Of a stretch of DNA of 64,000 nucleotides, positions 31,181 through 41,422 are shown in pieces. Numbering within the stretch: the first letter of the stretch is position 1; the number at the start of each line of letters is the position of its first letter. The notes under the pieces were generated by a model. That model did no database searches, was not told the DNA's origin, and saw only the letters and a list, made by a program, of their open reading frames with translations. Both the position numbers and the translations under genes were made by a program. Source of the stretch: Obrimoposthia wandeli (lineage: Eukaryota); assembly GCA_977020255.1 (NCBI GenBank), contig CDROCS010001143.1, positions 124,001-188,000 of the forward strand. The letters are read 5' to 3'.

Positions 31181-31522
31181 TTATTCAGCGTTATCTTCAA
31201 CTGACTTAGCAGCGGCTGAAACAAGCTCTTTGAGCTCGCCAGATTCTGCTAATTCACAAATGATATCGCAACCACCTACTAACTCACCACCAACCCACAA
31301 CTGTGGAAAAGTCGGCCAATTAGCAATTTTTGGCAATTCTGTGCGAATATCTTGGTTCTCTAAGATATTCACGAATGCAAATTTCTCTTCGCAAGCCATT
31401 AACGCTTCAACTGTGCGCGAAGAAAAGCCACACTGAGGGAAACGTGGAGTTCCTTTCATGTATAACAAAATCGCGTTTGTCTCAATTTGTTCTTTAATTG
31501 TTTCTGCAGTACTCATATTCAT
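31181..31522 (-). CDS. grxD: Monothiol glutaredoxin Grx4
   Basis: YMKGTP..PQCGFS, NWPTFPQLWV, GGCDI. Confidence 0.96.
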   Translation of the reverse strand: MNMSTAETIKEQIETNAILLYMKGTPRFPQCGFSSRTVEALMACEEKFAFVNILENQDIRTELPKIANWPTFPQLWVGGELVGGCDIICELAESGELKELVSAAAKSVEDNAE

Positions 31523-31993
31523 TCTCTCAAATTACACAAGGAATTAACTTGATTTTAATGGCCGAGATATTATCACATACTTGACTATTTTACTTGGATT
31601 TATTTTGGCGTGAAACAACTATTTTTCACTCTAACGATAATCATAAAATAAGGGTTTACCCTATACGCTACATCATCGTAAAGCAGTGACTTCAGCCAAG
31701 GCATTCATACCTAAATATTTTATTATAAATTGTGCACAAATTAAATTTTTCAACCCTGTTCCGATGAATATATTATGCATTTATCATTTTTTTAGAGAAC
31801 TATAGCCAACTATTACTAAAACCATCTAGCCCCAGCCTTATAATATATGTTATATATAACCGAATATATTTGTAAAACAACACGAACATTATCCCGCCAG
31901 CGCACTTCTCTTTTTCCTCATGATTTTTAATTTATTGATATATAAATAAATTATTGAGCTTTTGCTAATGGCCACTAAGACTTTGAATCCCCT

Positions 31994-32914
31994 ATGAAAA
32001 CAATCAGACATTTTTTAACCGTACTCGATCTATCAAAAGCCGAATTCCAGCAAATAATTGAGCGCGCCATCCATTTAAAAAAATTGCGCAATCAAGGCGA
32101 AACATTTGCTCCTTTCCCTAATAAAGTACTCGCGATGATTTTCGAAAAATCTTCTACCCGTACACGGGTTTCATTTGAAGCGGGAATGGCTCAGTTTGGC
32201 GGACACGCCATGTTCCTCTCGTCTCGTGATACACAACTGGGTAGAGGCGAACCTATTGAAGACTCTTCAAAAGTCATCTCTAGCATGGTTGATATTGTGA
32301 TGATTAGAACTTTTGGTCACAATATTGTGGAAGAGTTTGCCAAGCATTCAAGCGTACCTGTTATCAACGCCCTTACGGATGAATACCACCCGTGCCAGCT
32401 GCTTGCTGATATGCAAACATACTGGGAGCATCGTGGTGACATCCAGGGAAAAACAGTCACTTGGGTAGGCGATGGCAACAACATGTGCCACTCATACATC
32501 AACACTGCCAAAGTATTAGATTTCAAGCTAAACATCGCCTGCCCTGAAGGGTTTGATCCTAGCAGCGAGCTAGTTGCCCAAAATTCCGATAGAGTCACCA
32601 TCTATAGAGATATTAAAGATGCAGTCAATAACAGCGATTTAATCGTCACTGATGTATGGGCTTCTATGGGACAAGAGGAAGAACAGCTTGCTAGAGAAAA
32701 AAGCTTTGCTAGTTTTCAGGTAAACCCCGAAATAATGAGCCTAGCTAATTCAGGCGCATTATTTATGCACTGTTTGCCGGCTCATCGCGGAGAAGAAATT
32801 AGTGTCGATATGCTAGATGATCCAAGTAGCGTTGTATTTGATGAAGCAGAAAATCGCTTACACGCGCAAAAAGCACTCATGGAGTTTCTGCTTAATGCTA
32901 ACTGTGCAAGTTAA
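31994..32914 (+). CDS. argF: Ornithine carbamoyltransferase
   Basis: [38 protein letters not shown]. Confidence 0.97.
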   Translation: MKTIRHFLTVLDLSKAEFQQIIERAIHLKKLRNQGETFAPFPNKVLAMIFEKSSTRTRVSFEAGMAQFGGHAMFLSSRDTQLGRGEPIEDSSKVISSMVDIVMIRTFGHNIVEEFAKHSSVPVINALTDEYHPCQLLADMQTYWEHRGDIQGKTVTWVGDGNNMCHSYINTAKVLDFKLNIACPEGFDPSSELVAQNSDRVTIYRDIKDAVNNSDLIVTDVWASMGQEEEQLAREKSFASFQVNPEIMSLANSGALFMHCLPAHRGEEISVDMLDDPSSVVFDEAENRLHAQKALMEFLLNANCAS

Positions 32915-33171
32915 CTTACTGTAAGTTTGATGAAATACTGCTCTTTTAAATATACTTTTTGTGTAGTTTGAGAGCAGAATACTATAAACACACCTGCTGA
33001 TGATGAGCGTTTGTAGCAACTAATTAGCAGTATTTAAATTGATTTTAATATGATTTCATTGCTGTTTCTCATAATTCTTCGCCGTGATTGCAAAATACCA
33101 ATAGCTAGCAATTTAACTGCTTTATAGCTGCTAAGTAAGTCCTTTTCCTATACTAAAAATTGGAAGCCCAC

Positions 33172-34086
33172 ATGATTGAGTTCAGACATTTAAAAACACT
33201 TTCTGCCCTAAGAGATTCCGGATCGTTAGTGGAAGCAGCTGAAAGAATACACTTAACTCAATCTGCTCTTTCTCATCAAATTAAAGATTTAGAAGATAGA
33301 TTAAACTGCTCTTTATTCGTCAGAAAAACCAAACCCATCAGTTTCACAGCAGCAGGCCGTCGTATTTTAGCTCTTGCCGATAGCGTGCTACCTATGGTGA
33401 AGAACACAGAACGTGAGATAGTACGTTTAGCCTGCGGAGAAGCTGGCAGGCTAAACATAAGTATAGATTGCCACAGCTGTTTTGAATGGCTGATGCCAAC
33501 GATAGACTGTTTTCGCAAAAATTGGCCAGAAATTGAGATGGACCTAGCAAACAGTTTTACTTTTGCACCCATTCCCGCCCTAGCTAAAGGCGACATAGAC
33601 TTAGTTATCACATCAGATCCAATCCCGCGCACCGGCATCTTCTATACACCTCTATTTAGCTATGAGTCGCTTATTGCTCTGAGTAAAAACCACTCTCTTG
33701 CCAATAGCAAATTTATCAAAGCAACAGATATAGCCTCGCAAACCTTAATCACCTATCCAGTTAACCAAGATAGGCTTGATATATTTACACGCTTTTTAGA
33801 CCCCGCGGGCATTGAACCAAAAGAAGTGCGTACTGCTGACTTAACCTTAATGATGTTACAGCTAGTAGCCAGTGGCAGAGGTGTTGCAGCACTGCCTAAT
33901 TGGGCTATATTTGAGTACTTACAAAAAGACTACATTATTGCTAAACCTATCTCTGAGCGCGGCCAATGGTGCACTTTGTATGCAGCTATCAGAGAAGAGC
34001 AAAAAAATGCCGAATTTATGACAGATTTCTTAGAAACAGCCAAAGAAGTCTCATTTGCTAACTTGGCAGGGATCAAATCTGCCTAA
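33172..34086 (+). CDS. metR: LysR-family methionine regulator MetR
   Basis: MIEFRHLKTL..LTQSALSHQIKDLE, CHSCFEWLMP, LITYPV..RLDIF. Start moved to ATG 33172. Confidence 0.9.
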   Translation: MIEFRHLKTLSALRDSGSLVEAAERIHLTQSALSHQIKDLEDRLNCSLFVRKTKPISFTAAGRRILALADSVLPMVKNTEREIVRLACGEAGRLNISIDCHSCFEWLMPTIDCFRKNWPEIEMDLANSFTFAPIPALAKGDIDLVITSDPIPRTGIFYTPLFSYESLIALSKNHSLANSKFIKATDIASQTLITYPVNQDRLDIFTRFLDPAGIEPKEVRTADLTLMMLQLVASGRGVAALPNWAIFEYLQKDYIIAKPISERGQWCTLYAAIREEQKNAEFMTDFLETAKEVSFANLAGIKSA

Positions 34087-34315
34087 CAGATACTAAGTCT
34101 TGTTGCCAATAATAAAAAATTTGCAACAAACAGTCTTTACCCCCTTGTTTATCACTTATGATTGCTTAAACTGTCAACTCAAATAAACTTAGAGAATTTA
34201 GTAACAGCGCCTTCATAATTATATAGCGGCTCAGTTAAGCAACTTTATCGTTCACTGCTTATAGCCTAATATTTTGGTGCACTTTGATTCTCACACTTAG
34301 CGAAATGAAATTAAA

Positions 34316-35674
34316 ATGGAAATCTGGACACCTGATAGCTGGCGCAGTAAACCTATTCTGCAACAACCAAATTACGCAAATGCAGAGCATGTTAGCGCCA
34401 CTGAGCAAAAGCTTGCAAATCTCCCCCCGCTTGTATTTGCAGGTGAAATTAGAGAATTGCATCGCCAACTTGCAGATGTAGCACAAGGAAATGCCTTTTT
34501 ATTACAAGGCGGTGACTGTGCTGAGACCTTTGCTGAATTTAACGCCAATAAAATTAGAGATACTTTTCAAGTATTGCTACAAATGGCAGTGGTGATGAGT
34601 TTTGCAGGTAGCAGCCCTGTTGTTAAAATTGGTCGTATGGCAGGTCAATTTGCTAAACCTCGCTCTACTGATTTAGAAAAGAAAGGTGATGTATCGCTAC
34701 CTAGCTATCGCGGCGACATTATTAATGGCAACGATTTTAATCTTGCTGCGCGCCAACCAGATCCCGAGCGCATGATACAAGCTTATCATCAGTCTTCTTC
34801 TACTTTGAACTTGTTACGTGCATTTGCCCAAGGCGGCTTTGCCGATTTGCATAAAGTACATCGTTGGAACTCGAGCTTCGTTAAAAACAGCCCACAAGGC
34901 GAACGCTATCAGGCATTATCTAACCAAATTGATCAAGCAATCGCTTTTATGGAAGCTTGTGGTATCGACTCCACAACAACACCACAAATTCGCTCTACTA
35001 CTTTATTCACTTCTCACGAATCATTGTTACTAGGCTATGAAGAAGCGCTTACTCGTAAAGACAGCTTAACCGATCAATGGTACAACTGCTCTGCCCATAT
35101 GATATGGATTGGTGATAGAACTCGCCAACCTGATCACGCGCATGTTGAATTCCTACGCGGTGTTAAAAACCCAATTGGTATTAAGGTTGGGCCTACTACT
35201 AGCTCTGAAGATTTAATCCAACTTTTGGATATTTTAAACCCTGAGAATCTGCCCGGCAGAATTACTTTAATCGCAAGAATGGGTGCTCAGCAAATTGTCG
35301 AGAAACTACCTCCTCTCGTACAGCTAATTAAACGTGAAGGTCGCAGTGTTGTTTGGAGCTCTGACCCAATGCACGGCAACACGATTACCGCTTCAAGCGG
35401 TTATAAAACACGTAGCGTCGATGCGATATTGGAAGAAATAAAAGGCTTTTTCCAAGTACATAGCGCAGAAGGCACACATGCAGGTGGCGTTCATTTAGAA
35501 ATGACCGGCCACAATGTCACTGAATGTATCGGTGGTGCTTACCAAATCACTGAAGAGGGCTTAGCGCATCGCTATGATACTTTCTGTGATCCAAGATTAA
35601 ACGGGGAACAAGCACTTGAGCTGGCCTTTTTGATCGCTGAAACATTAAAAACAGCTAGAGGCAAACATCTTTAA
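34316..35674 (+). CDS. Class II DAHP synthase
   Basis: [43 protein letters not shown]. Confidence 0.96.
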   Translation: MEIWTPDSWRSKPILQQPNYANAEHVSATEQKLANLPPLVFAGEIRELHRQLADVAQGNAFLLQGGDCAETFAEFNANKIRDTFQVLLQMAVVMSFAGSSPVVKIGRMAGQFAKPRSTDLEKKGDVSLPSYRGDIINGNDFNLAARQPDPERMIQAYHQSSSTLNLLRAFAQGGFADLHKVHRWNSSFVKNSPQGERYQALSNQIDQAIAFMEACGIDSTTTPQIRSTTLFTSHESLLLGYEEALTRKDSLTDQWYNCSAHMIWIGDRTRQPDHAHVEFLRGVKNPIGIKVGPTTSSEDLIQLLDILNPENLPGRITLIARMGAQQIVEKLPPLVQLIKREGRSVVWSSDPMHGNTITASSGYKTRSVDAILEEIKGFFQVHSAEGTHAGGVHLEMTGHNVTECIGGAYQITEEGLAHRYDTFCDPRLNGEQALELAFLIAETLKTARGKHL

Positions 35675-35992
35675 ATGAAACATCAAACAATTGCCCAAAC
35701 GCTGCGCAAGATAACGGCGCAAATGCAGCACCAAGGTTTGTGGCAAGAGCAATCGCCCACCAAAGATCAATTGGCTAGCAAACTACCTTTTTGCGTAGAT
35801 ACCTTAACTTTTATTCAATGGTTGCAGTGGGTTATGTTTCCAAAGCTATTTGTTATTATTGAAACACAGGCTCTTTTACCGAATAAAAGTAATATGGCAG
35901 TAATGGCCGAACAAGCTTTAAAAACCGAAACTGCCGACACAGATGCTTTATTACAGCTTATCACTCAACTAGATAAAGATATTACTAACTAG
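35675..35992 (+). CDS. yqcC: YqcC family protein
   Basis: LW....P....LAS..PFCVDTLTFIQWLQW motif. Confidence 0.85.
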   Translation: MKHQTIAQTLRKITAQMQHQGLWQEQSPTKDQLASKLPFCVDTLTFIQWLQWVMFPKLFVIIETQALLPNKSNMAVMAEQALKTETADTDALLQLITQLDKDITN

Positions 35993-36000
35993 CTTGGCAC

Positions 36001-36040
36001 TTTAAAAGACTATTAGAATTCATTCTAATAGTCTTTTAAA
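36001..36040. repeat. Perfect 19-bp inverted repeat with 2-nt spacer
   Basis: TTTAAAAGACTATTAGAAT-TC-ATTCTAATAGTCTTTTAAA, 8 bp after the yqcC stop. Confidence 0.9.
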
Positions 36041-36160
36041 TAGCTCGCCAATTAGCTCTATAACACAGGAACACTAAATCCCTCGCTATTTAGTATTTAC
36101 TACCCAGCATAGCCGTTTGCTAGCGAGTAGCACCTATAAACCGAATAAATTGAGATTCAC

Positions 36161-37204
36161 ATGTCATCACTTACCTCCCTTACCGCACTTCTTCAAGAAA
36201 GTGGTGCTCAATTTCGTATTTACGATATGGGCCGACAAATCAAGAAAATAAGTTCACAGCAATTTTCTTTAATAGAAAAAGGGCAACGAATTTACCCTAG
36301 GCCATATTTGCATCATGCATGGCTAGCACTGCTGATATGGAACCCAAAGCATAAACAACAAAATGTGGTATGGTTCCTAAAATTCCCACTTGATGAACAA
36401 GGCTATTTAGTTCAAGCCGTTAGAGATGATTTTATAAACAGATTAATGCTTAATATTAATCAAATGCTAGCAAAAAAAGAACTATCAGAATCTGAAGATG
36501 CGTTAAAAGACAATCCTTTTTCTTTCACCCCTGATCAAGAAAAAATGGCCATGTTTCATGCCATTACAGCGAAAGAGACACAAGCTGGAAAATCACAGTA
36601 CTATTCACCATGCCAGCAATATTTTCATGGGGCTGTTAATACCACACAATGGCAGGCACTTGGTTTACAAGGCATCGCTGAAATTGCTGTCTCTATAGAC
36701 GAACACAAACTGGCTATCATTAAAAATTTCGATACATATCATAATGAACCTCTTATTGCTTTGTGTTGCGCTTTAGAACATTCAAACATAGATCATAATC
36801 TTGCTACTGCTATCGAGTCTAAACTACAAAAGCACTTAGCGGGCAAAACTCAAGATATCGCACTTTGCTGTGCACTCTTACGCGCTTTGCACGCAGCTCC
36901 AAATGAAGCGATGAAAAAAAATGCAATTGAGCTGCTATTAAATTCAAACATCGCCAATAGTGCTGAATTACTCAGCGCTATTGCCGTAAAGATGTCTGAG
37001 CAACTACTACAACCTGACACATTGCTGCTATATCTAGAAAAACTGGCTGCAAGTGAAGCGGGTCAACAAGGGTTTTCACGCATTTTGGCAGACTTAATGT
37101 TTAGTGATAGCCTGAGACGTCCCATACTGCAAGCCTTTCGCAACCCACAACGAAGCGAACAGCTTACTGGCGCCATAGGCAATATGTTTGGCAATCATTT
37201 TTAA
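36161..37204 (+). CDS. DUF3549 family protein
   Basis: FRIYDMGR, YP.PY..HAWLA, VWFLKFPLDEQG, NPFSFTPDQEKMA. Confidence 0.8.
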   Translation: MSSLTSLTALLQESGAQFRIYDMGRQIKKISSQQFSLIEKGQRIYPRPYLHHAWLALLIWNPKHKQQNVVWFLKFPLDEQGYLVQAVRDDFINRLMLNINQMLAKKELSESEDALKDNPFSFTPDQEKMAMFHAITAKETQAGKSQYYSPCQQYFHGAVNTTQWQALGLQGIAEIAVSIDEHKLAIIKNFDTYHNEPLIALCCALEHSNIDHNLATAIESKLQKHLAGKTQDIALCCALLRALHAAPNEAMKKNAIELLLNSNIANSAELLSAIAVKMSEQLLQPDTLLLYLEKLAASEAGQQGFSRILADLMFSDSLRRPILQAFRNPQRSEQLTGAIGNMFGNHF

Positions 37205-37231
37205 GTGAAACTTTTCATATTACATAGAAAT

Positions 37232-37276
37232 TCAGCATTAAAAACAGAGTTGTCACTTGCTCTGTTTGAGCGCTGA
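37232..37276. terminator. Imperfect hairpin after the DUF3549 gene
   Basis: TCAGC..AAACAGAG / CTCTGTTT..GCTGA arms. Confidence 0.45.
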
Positions 37277-37893
37277 TAAGTGACGCTATCTTTTGTTGCA
37301 AGTTAACTAATCAAATTGGGTTGTAAGCCACTGTTATATCAGCTGATAAACCTTTCTCCTCCTCTATATCAAAGAAACGGGCTCATATATAGCCATAGTT
37401 TGACTTAGCCACGCTAAATCTCGCTTTACCTGTGTTATGTGCTGAGCTAACCAAATATGTCATTCGTCACCAACAACATCTAAGTGCACTTTTAGATCTA
37501 CAACTAAAAGCGCTCATAGGGAAGCATGTAGACTTTTTTAATAAAAATTTTTCTACGTAAAATTTATCCTTATGTCCCTTAAAGCTGAAAATATTAACGA
37601 CTCACTTAAACCATTAAATGATCCATTTTTAACAATAGTGTACCTCCAATAATAGCTCACCAAATTTTGTTAACTGACCCTATCAAAACTGGTTTTTATT
37701 TCCCGAATGCCTGCCATAAAAACGACACCTAAACTTAAAGTGCTTTTTAATATATAGACCAACTCTTTAGTACTATATTGCATGCATTCACCAATAAATT
37801 GATCAGAATATAATGGTCTAAGCGGATCAACATCATTGCTCAATTTTAAAATGCTAGGTAAAATTGTATTTTTGTCACATCAAGAGATCAGCC

Positions 37894-38730
37894 ATGGCTA
37901 ATATTTCCGTTAAACCTTATGTTATTCCTGGCAAGCCTGAAACCCTCATTGAAATTACGAATTTACTCAATGCTGCAGAGATAGATGTAGATAAAATCGT
38001 TTACGTATTACGCCAAGATGTATCTCTTTATACTGCCGTCATAGCCACTGCGAATAATCCAATGTTTCGAGGTAAGCGTGAAATACATTCCTTAAATGAA
38101 GCAGTGGTTCGACTAGGCCTTAACACACTTGTAACAATCATCCGTTTAGTTGCGCTAAAAAACTCACTGTCAAAAGTAGATAGGCTAGAGCGCTTTTGGG
38201 ATTGTGCTTCAGAGATTGCCGATTTAACCGTTTATTTCAATCGCATCATCTCAAACAAACAGGAAGAAAATGCTTTTTCTTTAGGCATGCTACATAACTG
38301 CGGTATCCCTTTGTTAATGGAAACACTCCCTGACTACCGTGATTTTTTAAAGAATAGCCAAGCCGATGACTTACCCACTTTGCTTGTCCATGAAAAAGCC
38401 AAGTACGGATATAATCACTTCCAAATAAGCTACAAAATCGCTAAACGCTGGTTACTCCCAGAACCTGTTGTCCAAGCAATCGCATTACAAAGCAAAGACC
38501 ACCGCGTGATCGGTAAAATGACAGTTGTAAGTGAAGAGAGTAAACTGTTGGCTTGTGCTTTAATACTCGCTAAAGATATAAGCCAAGCGTATCGCCATTA
38601 CTGGCGCATTGAGAACACTCAGCAAAAAACAAATAACCTCAAGCCTATCCTTGAATACTCAGGCATTACCGAAACCGATTATGTAGAAATGCGTGAAGAC
38701 TTAATTTCTGGGTTAATAGCAGCCAGCTAG
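37894..38730 (+). CDS. HDOD-domain signalling protein
   Basis: QDVSLYTAVIATANNP, SLNEAVVRLG, LERFWD, GMLHNCGIPLL, YGYNH..I..W. Start moved to ATG 37894. Confidence 0.85.
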   Translation: MANISVKPYVIPGKPETLIEITNLLNAAEIDVDKIVYVLRQDVSLYTAVIATANNPMFRGKREIHSLNEAVVRLGLNTLVTIIRLVALKNSLSKVDRLERFWDCASEIADLTVYFNRIISNKQEENAFSLGMLHNCGIPLLMETLPDYRDFLKNSQADDLPTLLVHEKAKYGYNHFQISYKIAKRWLLPEPVVQAIALQSKDHRVIGKMTVVSEESKLLACALILAKDISQAYRHYWRIENTQQKTNNLKPILEYSGITETDYVEMREDLISGLIAAS

Positions 38731-39063
38731 TAATATTATTCATAGCTCACACCTTACTTCTTGATAATGCCACCTAGCATAAGCAAGCTGACTCTAGCCT
38801 TAGCAAAACCAAATAAATCACATCTTTATAACAACTTAGCAAAGAATACCTCACATCTTTGCATACATAAAACTAACTCTTTTTATAGAAACATGACCTT
38901 TTCATAAGAAAAATACTGATTAACTGATGAAGGGTAGTTTTTATTTTATTAAAGTCGCTATAATCGTATAAATATGCTTATATGATTTAATAATATAAGT
39001 ATTACAACACTTAGTTAGTATTGCTATATAACCCCAAACAGATTAATTCTTGCAGAGAATCCT

Positions 39064-40665
39064 ATGCAAAAAACCATCAGTCATTATATCGATAATTTAT
39101 TGCGCCTAATGGGCTGCAAAACGATCAACGCACAATTTATGCTGTCTTATGCGTTAATCTTTGTACTTGCAGCAACAGCGGCAACTTCATTATATTTAAG
39201 TATGGCAATTAATCCAGAGACCATAAATATAGCGGGTCGCCAGCGGATGCTAAGTCAGCGCCTAGCTAAGGAAATTCTGCTACAAAGTGAAGGGTTAAAT
39301 AACAGCCAGCAAGTTCAAAAAACAATTAATTTATTTGAGCAATCGCACCGTTATATTGTAAAGGGGAATCCTGATACCGGTATGATGGCGATAACCAATG
39401 AAAAAATATTGGCAGAATTAAACTCCGCAGAAGCGATGTGGATAAAGTATAAAGAGCTCGTTTTATTGCATGCAAAGCAACCAAACAAAAACAGCTTACA
39501 AGAAATTCAGCAACAGTCACAAGTCATTTTAAAACAACTCAATACAGCTGTTGTGATGATGACGATTGAATCGCGCGAAATAACTCAACAACAATTAATG
39601 CTTTCATTTTTCTGTATTTTAATTATTCTGATGTTGATTGTGATGGGACGTGCTTTTGGCTTTAGCATGTTAATGGCCAATATTATACGCTTGCAAAAAC
39701 GTATGGATGAAGTAGGAAAGGGTAACTTTTCACACCGCTTTAATATTATCCATCAAGATAACGAAATAGGCCTAATGTTTGGCTCCTATAATAGTATGCT
39801 GCAACACGTAAGTGATTTGCTATCGGTCGTACAAAAAGTTGCTGATAACACTGAAAGGCATATAGAAGAAGTAGATGCATCGACCTCTGATGTAGCTTCA
39901 GGCGTTATAAAACAATACGATGATATTGCACTAGTAGCTGTTGCAATGAACCAATTGACAGCGACGGTTAAAGAAGTATCCAATAACACTGTAGAGGCCG
40001 AAAACGCTGCAAACATCACTGGGGAAGAAGCCAAGAGCGGTGAATCAATGTCTATTAGTGCACATGATTACTCTCAACAGATACAGCAGACTTTAGAGCA
40101 AACGACACAACAAATTAATGATTTGAAAAAAGAAACGGATGCGGTTAGCAATGTTTCTGCGGTCATAAAAGGTATTGCTGATCAAACTAACTTATTGGCA
40201 CTTAATGCCTCAATTGAAGCGGCAAGAGCGGGCGATCAAGGACGCGGCTTTGCTGTAGTTGCCGATGAGGTGAGATCTTTAGCCTTTCGTACTCAGCAAT
40301 CCACAATGGAAATTGAAAACATAATAGAGCAATTGCAAAGTATGGCTGATAAAGCGGTCGCGTCGATGGATAAAAACAACCATTTAGCAGAAACTAGCAC
40401 ACAAATAGCCATTAAATCGGCCGAGGCAATGCAGCGAATATCAACATCTGCAAATCAAATTTCTTCAATGAACACTATGATATCTAGCGCCACGCATCAG
40501 CAAAATGCTGTAGCAACCGATATAGATGAACGCATTATCAGTATTTCTGGCATTGCCAATTCGACCAAAACAGATACCGACAAAGTGGTTAATTCTATCA
40601 AAGAAATACGTGATGAAATTAAAACGCTGAATCAATTAACCAAACAGTTTACGCTCAATAAGTAA
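39064..40665 (+). CDS. Methyl-accepting chemotaxis protein with PilJ/NarX-like sensor domain
   Basis: TM1, [15 protein letters not shown]2, HAMP, signalling hairpin [31 protein letters not shown]. Confidence 0.93.
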   Translation: MQKTISHYIDNLLRLMGCKTINAQFMLSYALIFVLAATAATSLYLSMAINPETINIAGRQRMLSQRLAKEILLQSEGLNNSQQVQKTINLFEQSHRYIVKGNPDTGMMAITNEKILAELNSAEAMWIKYKELVLLHAKQPNKNSLQEIQQQSQVILKQLNTAVVMMTIESREITQQQLMLSFFCILIILMLIVMGRAFGFSMLMANIIRLQKRMDEVGKGNFSHRFNIIHQDNEIGLMFGSYNSMLQHVSDLLSVVQKVADNTERHIEEVDASTSDVASGVIKQYDDIALVAVAMNQLTATVKEVSNNTVEAENAANITGEEAKSGESMSISAHDYSQQIQQTLEQTTQQINDLKKETDAVSNVSAVIKGIADQTNLLALNASIEAARAGDQGRGFAVVADEVRSLAFRTQQSTMEIENIIEQLQSMADKAVASMDKNNHLAETSTQIAIKSAEAMQRISTSANQISSMNTMISSATHQQNAVATDIDERIISISGIANSTKTDTDKVVNSIKEIRDEIKTLNQLTKQFTLNK

Positions 40666-40685
40666 TTGCCAACTTGGCTTTGAGT

Positions 40686-40731
40686 TATCTAGAACAGCTC
40701 GATATTGAAAACAATATCCCCGTTCTAGATA
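40686..40731. terminator. Nested hairpin after the MCP gene
   Basis: TATCTAGAAC / GTTCTAGATA outer arms and GATATTG-AAAA-CAATATC inner stem. Confidence 0.6.
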
Positions 40732-40782
40732 GCAATTTCTTAGATATGATCATTAGTGTCCGGTTTAATTTTTGTTGTTATT

Positions 40783-40870
40783 TAACTCATTGATTTTACG
40801 TTAACCACAAGTGTTATTTGGCTAAAAACATCCAATTATCGATGCTAGAAAACCACAAATCAATGAGTTA
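40783..40870. repeat. 14-bp perfect inverted repeat with 60-bp spacer
   Basis: TAACTCATTGATTT (40783-40796) and AAATCAATGAGTTA (40857-40870). Confidence 0.8.
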
Positions 40871-40970
40871 GAGTGCTTACACTTTTTAACCGGTCAGCCA
40901 TGAGATATGATCAAACAAGCGAAAGTTCCAGCTCTGTAATTCACCAGCTTCTCTTCTCTATCTTCGTTTG

Positions 40971-41422
40971 CTAACTGTTAAATAATGCAATAAGCGACTG
41001 AAGCTCATGCAAATCTTCAATATTTAACGGTTGAGTAAAGAAGTGTTCACAAACTTGTTTTATTGATAACACATTTTCAGGCATTAAGATTAATCCAAGC
41101 TTATTCTCAGCGTTAGCAGCTCCTATTTAAAGCATTCGATACAACCACCCACAATAACTCAGCTCTTGCATCGTCACACTAAATTCTTCAACGCTTATTT
41201 AAATTGTGACAAGGAGATATAGGACGGCTACGCTTATATTCTCTCCCATTCTATTAGAGTAAGCTCTGCAAAGAGAGGGTTAGAAAATGCGGCATATTTT
41301 TTCTGTTCTACCCCATTTTTATCCATCAATGGTAAGGCTAATTCGTAATTATCGGTGACCGAGGCGTCTAGATAGTGGTCTTTTCTGCTTAGGAATAGGC
41401 TGCTAGTTGAGCACCATAGAAA
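40971..41422 (-). pseudogene. Possible decayed ORF downstream of the Lon-like gene
   Basis: 62 stop-free codons follow the protease stop in frame. A second frame continues with two internal TAA stops to TAG at 40971. No family recognised. Confidence 0.3.

Noticed and set aside
31763-31781. Possible ArgR box upstream of argF (ATGAATATATTATGCAT)
   Set aside because: The spacer is 5 nt rather than 4, and there is no tandem partner box.
33172-34086. metR without the usual divergent metE
   Set aside because: Unlinked metR is common outside enterobacteria; not notable.
37399-37560. 53-codon open frame ending LIGKHVDFFNKNFST, faintly like a PAS-domain segment of Aer2-type receptors
   Set aside because: It has no plausible start or RBS, is short, and the resemblance is a few residues from memory. 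BLASTX would be needed.
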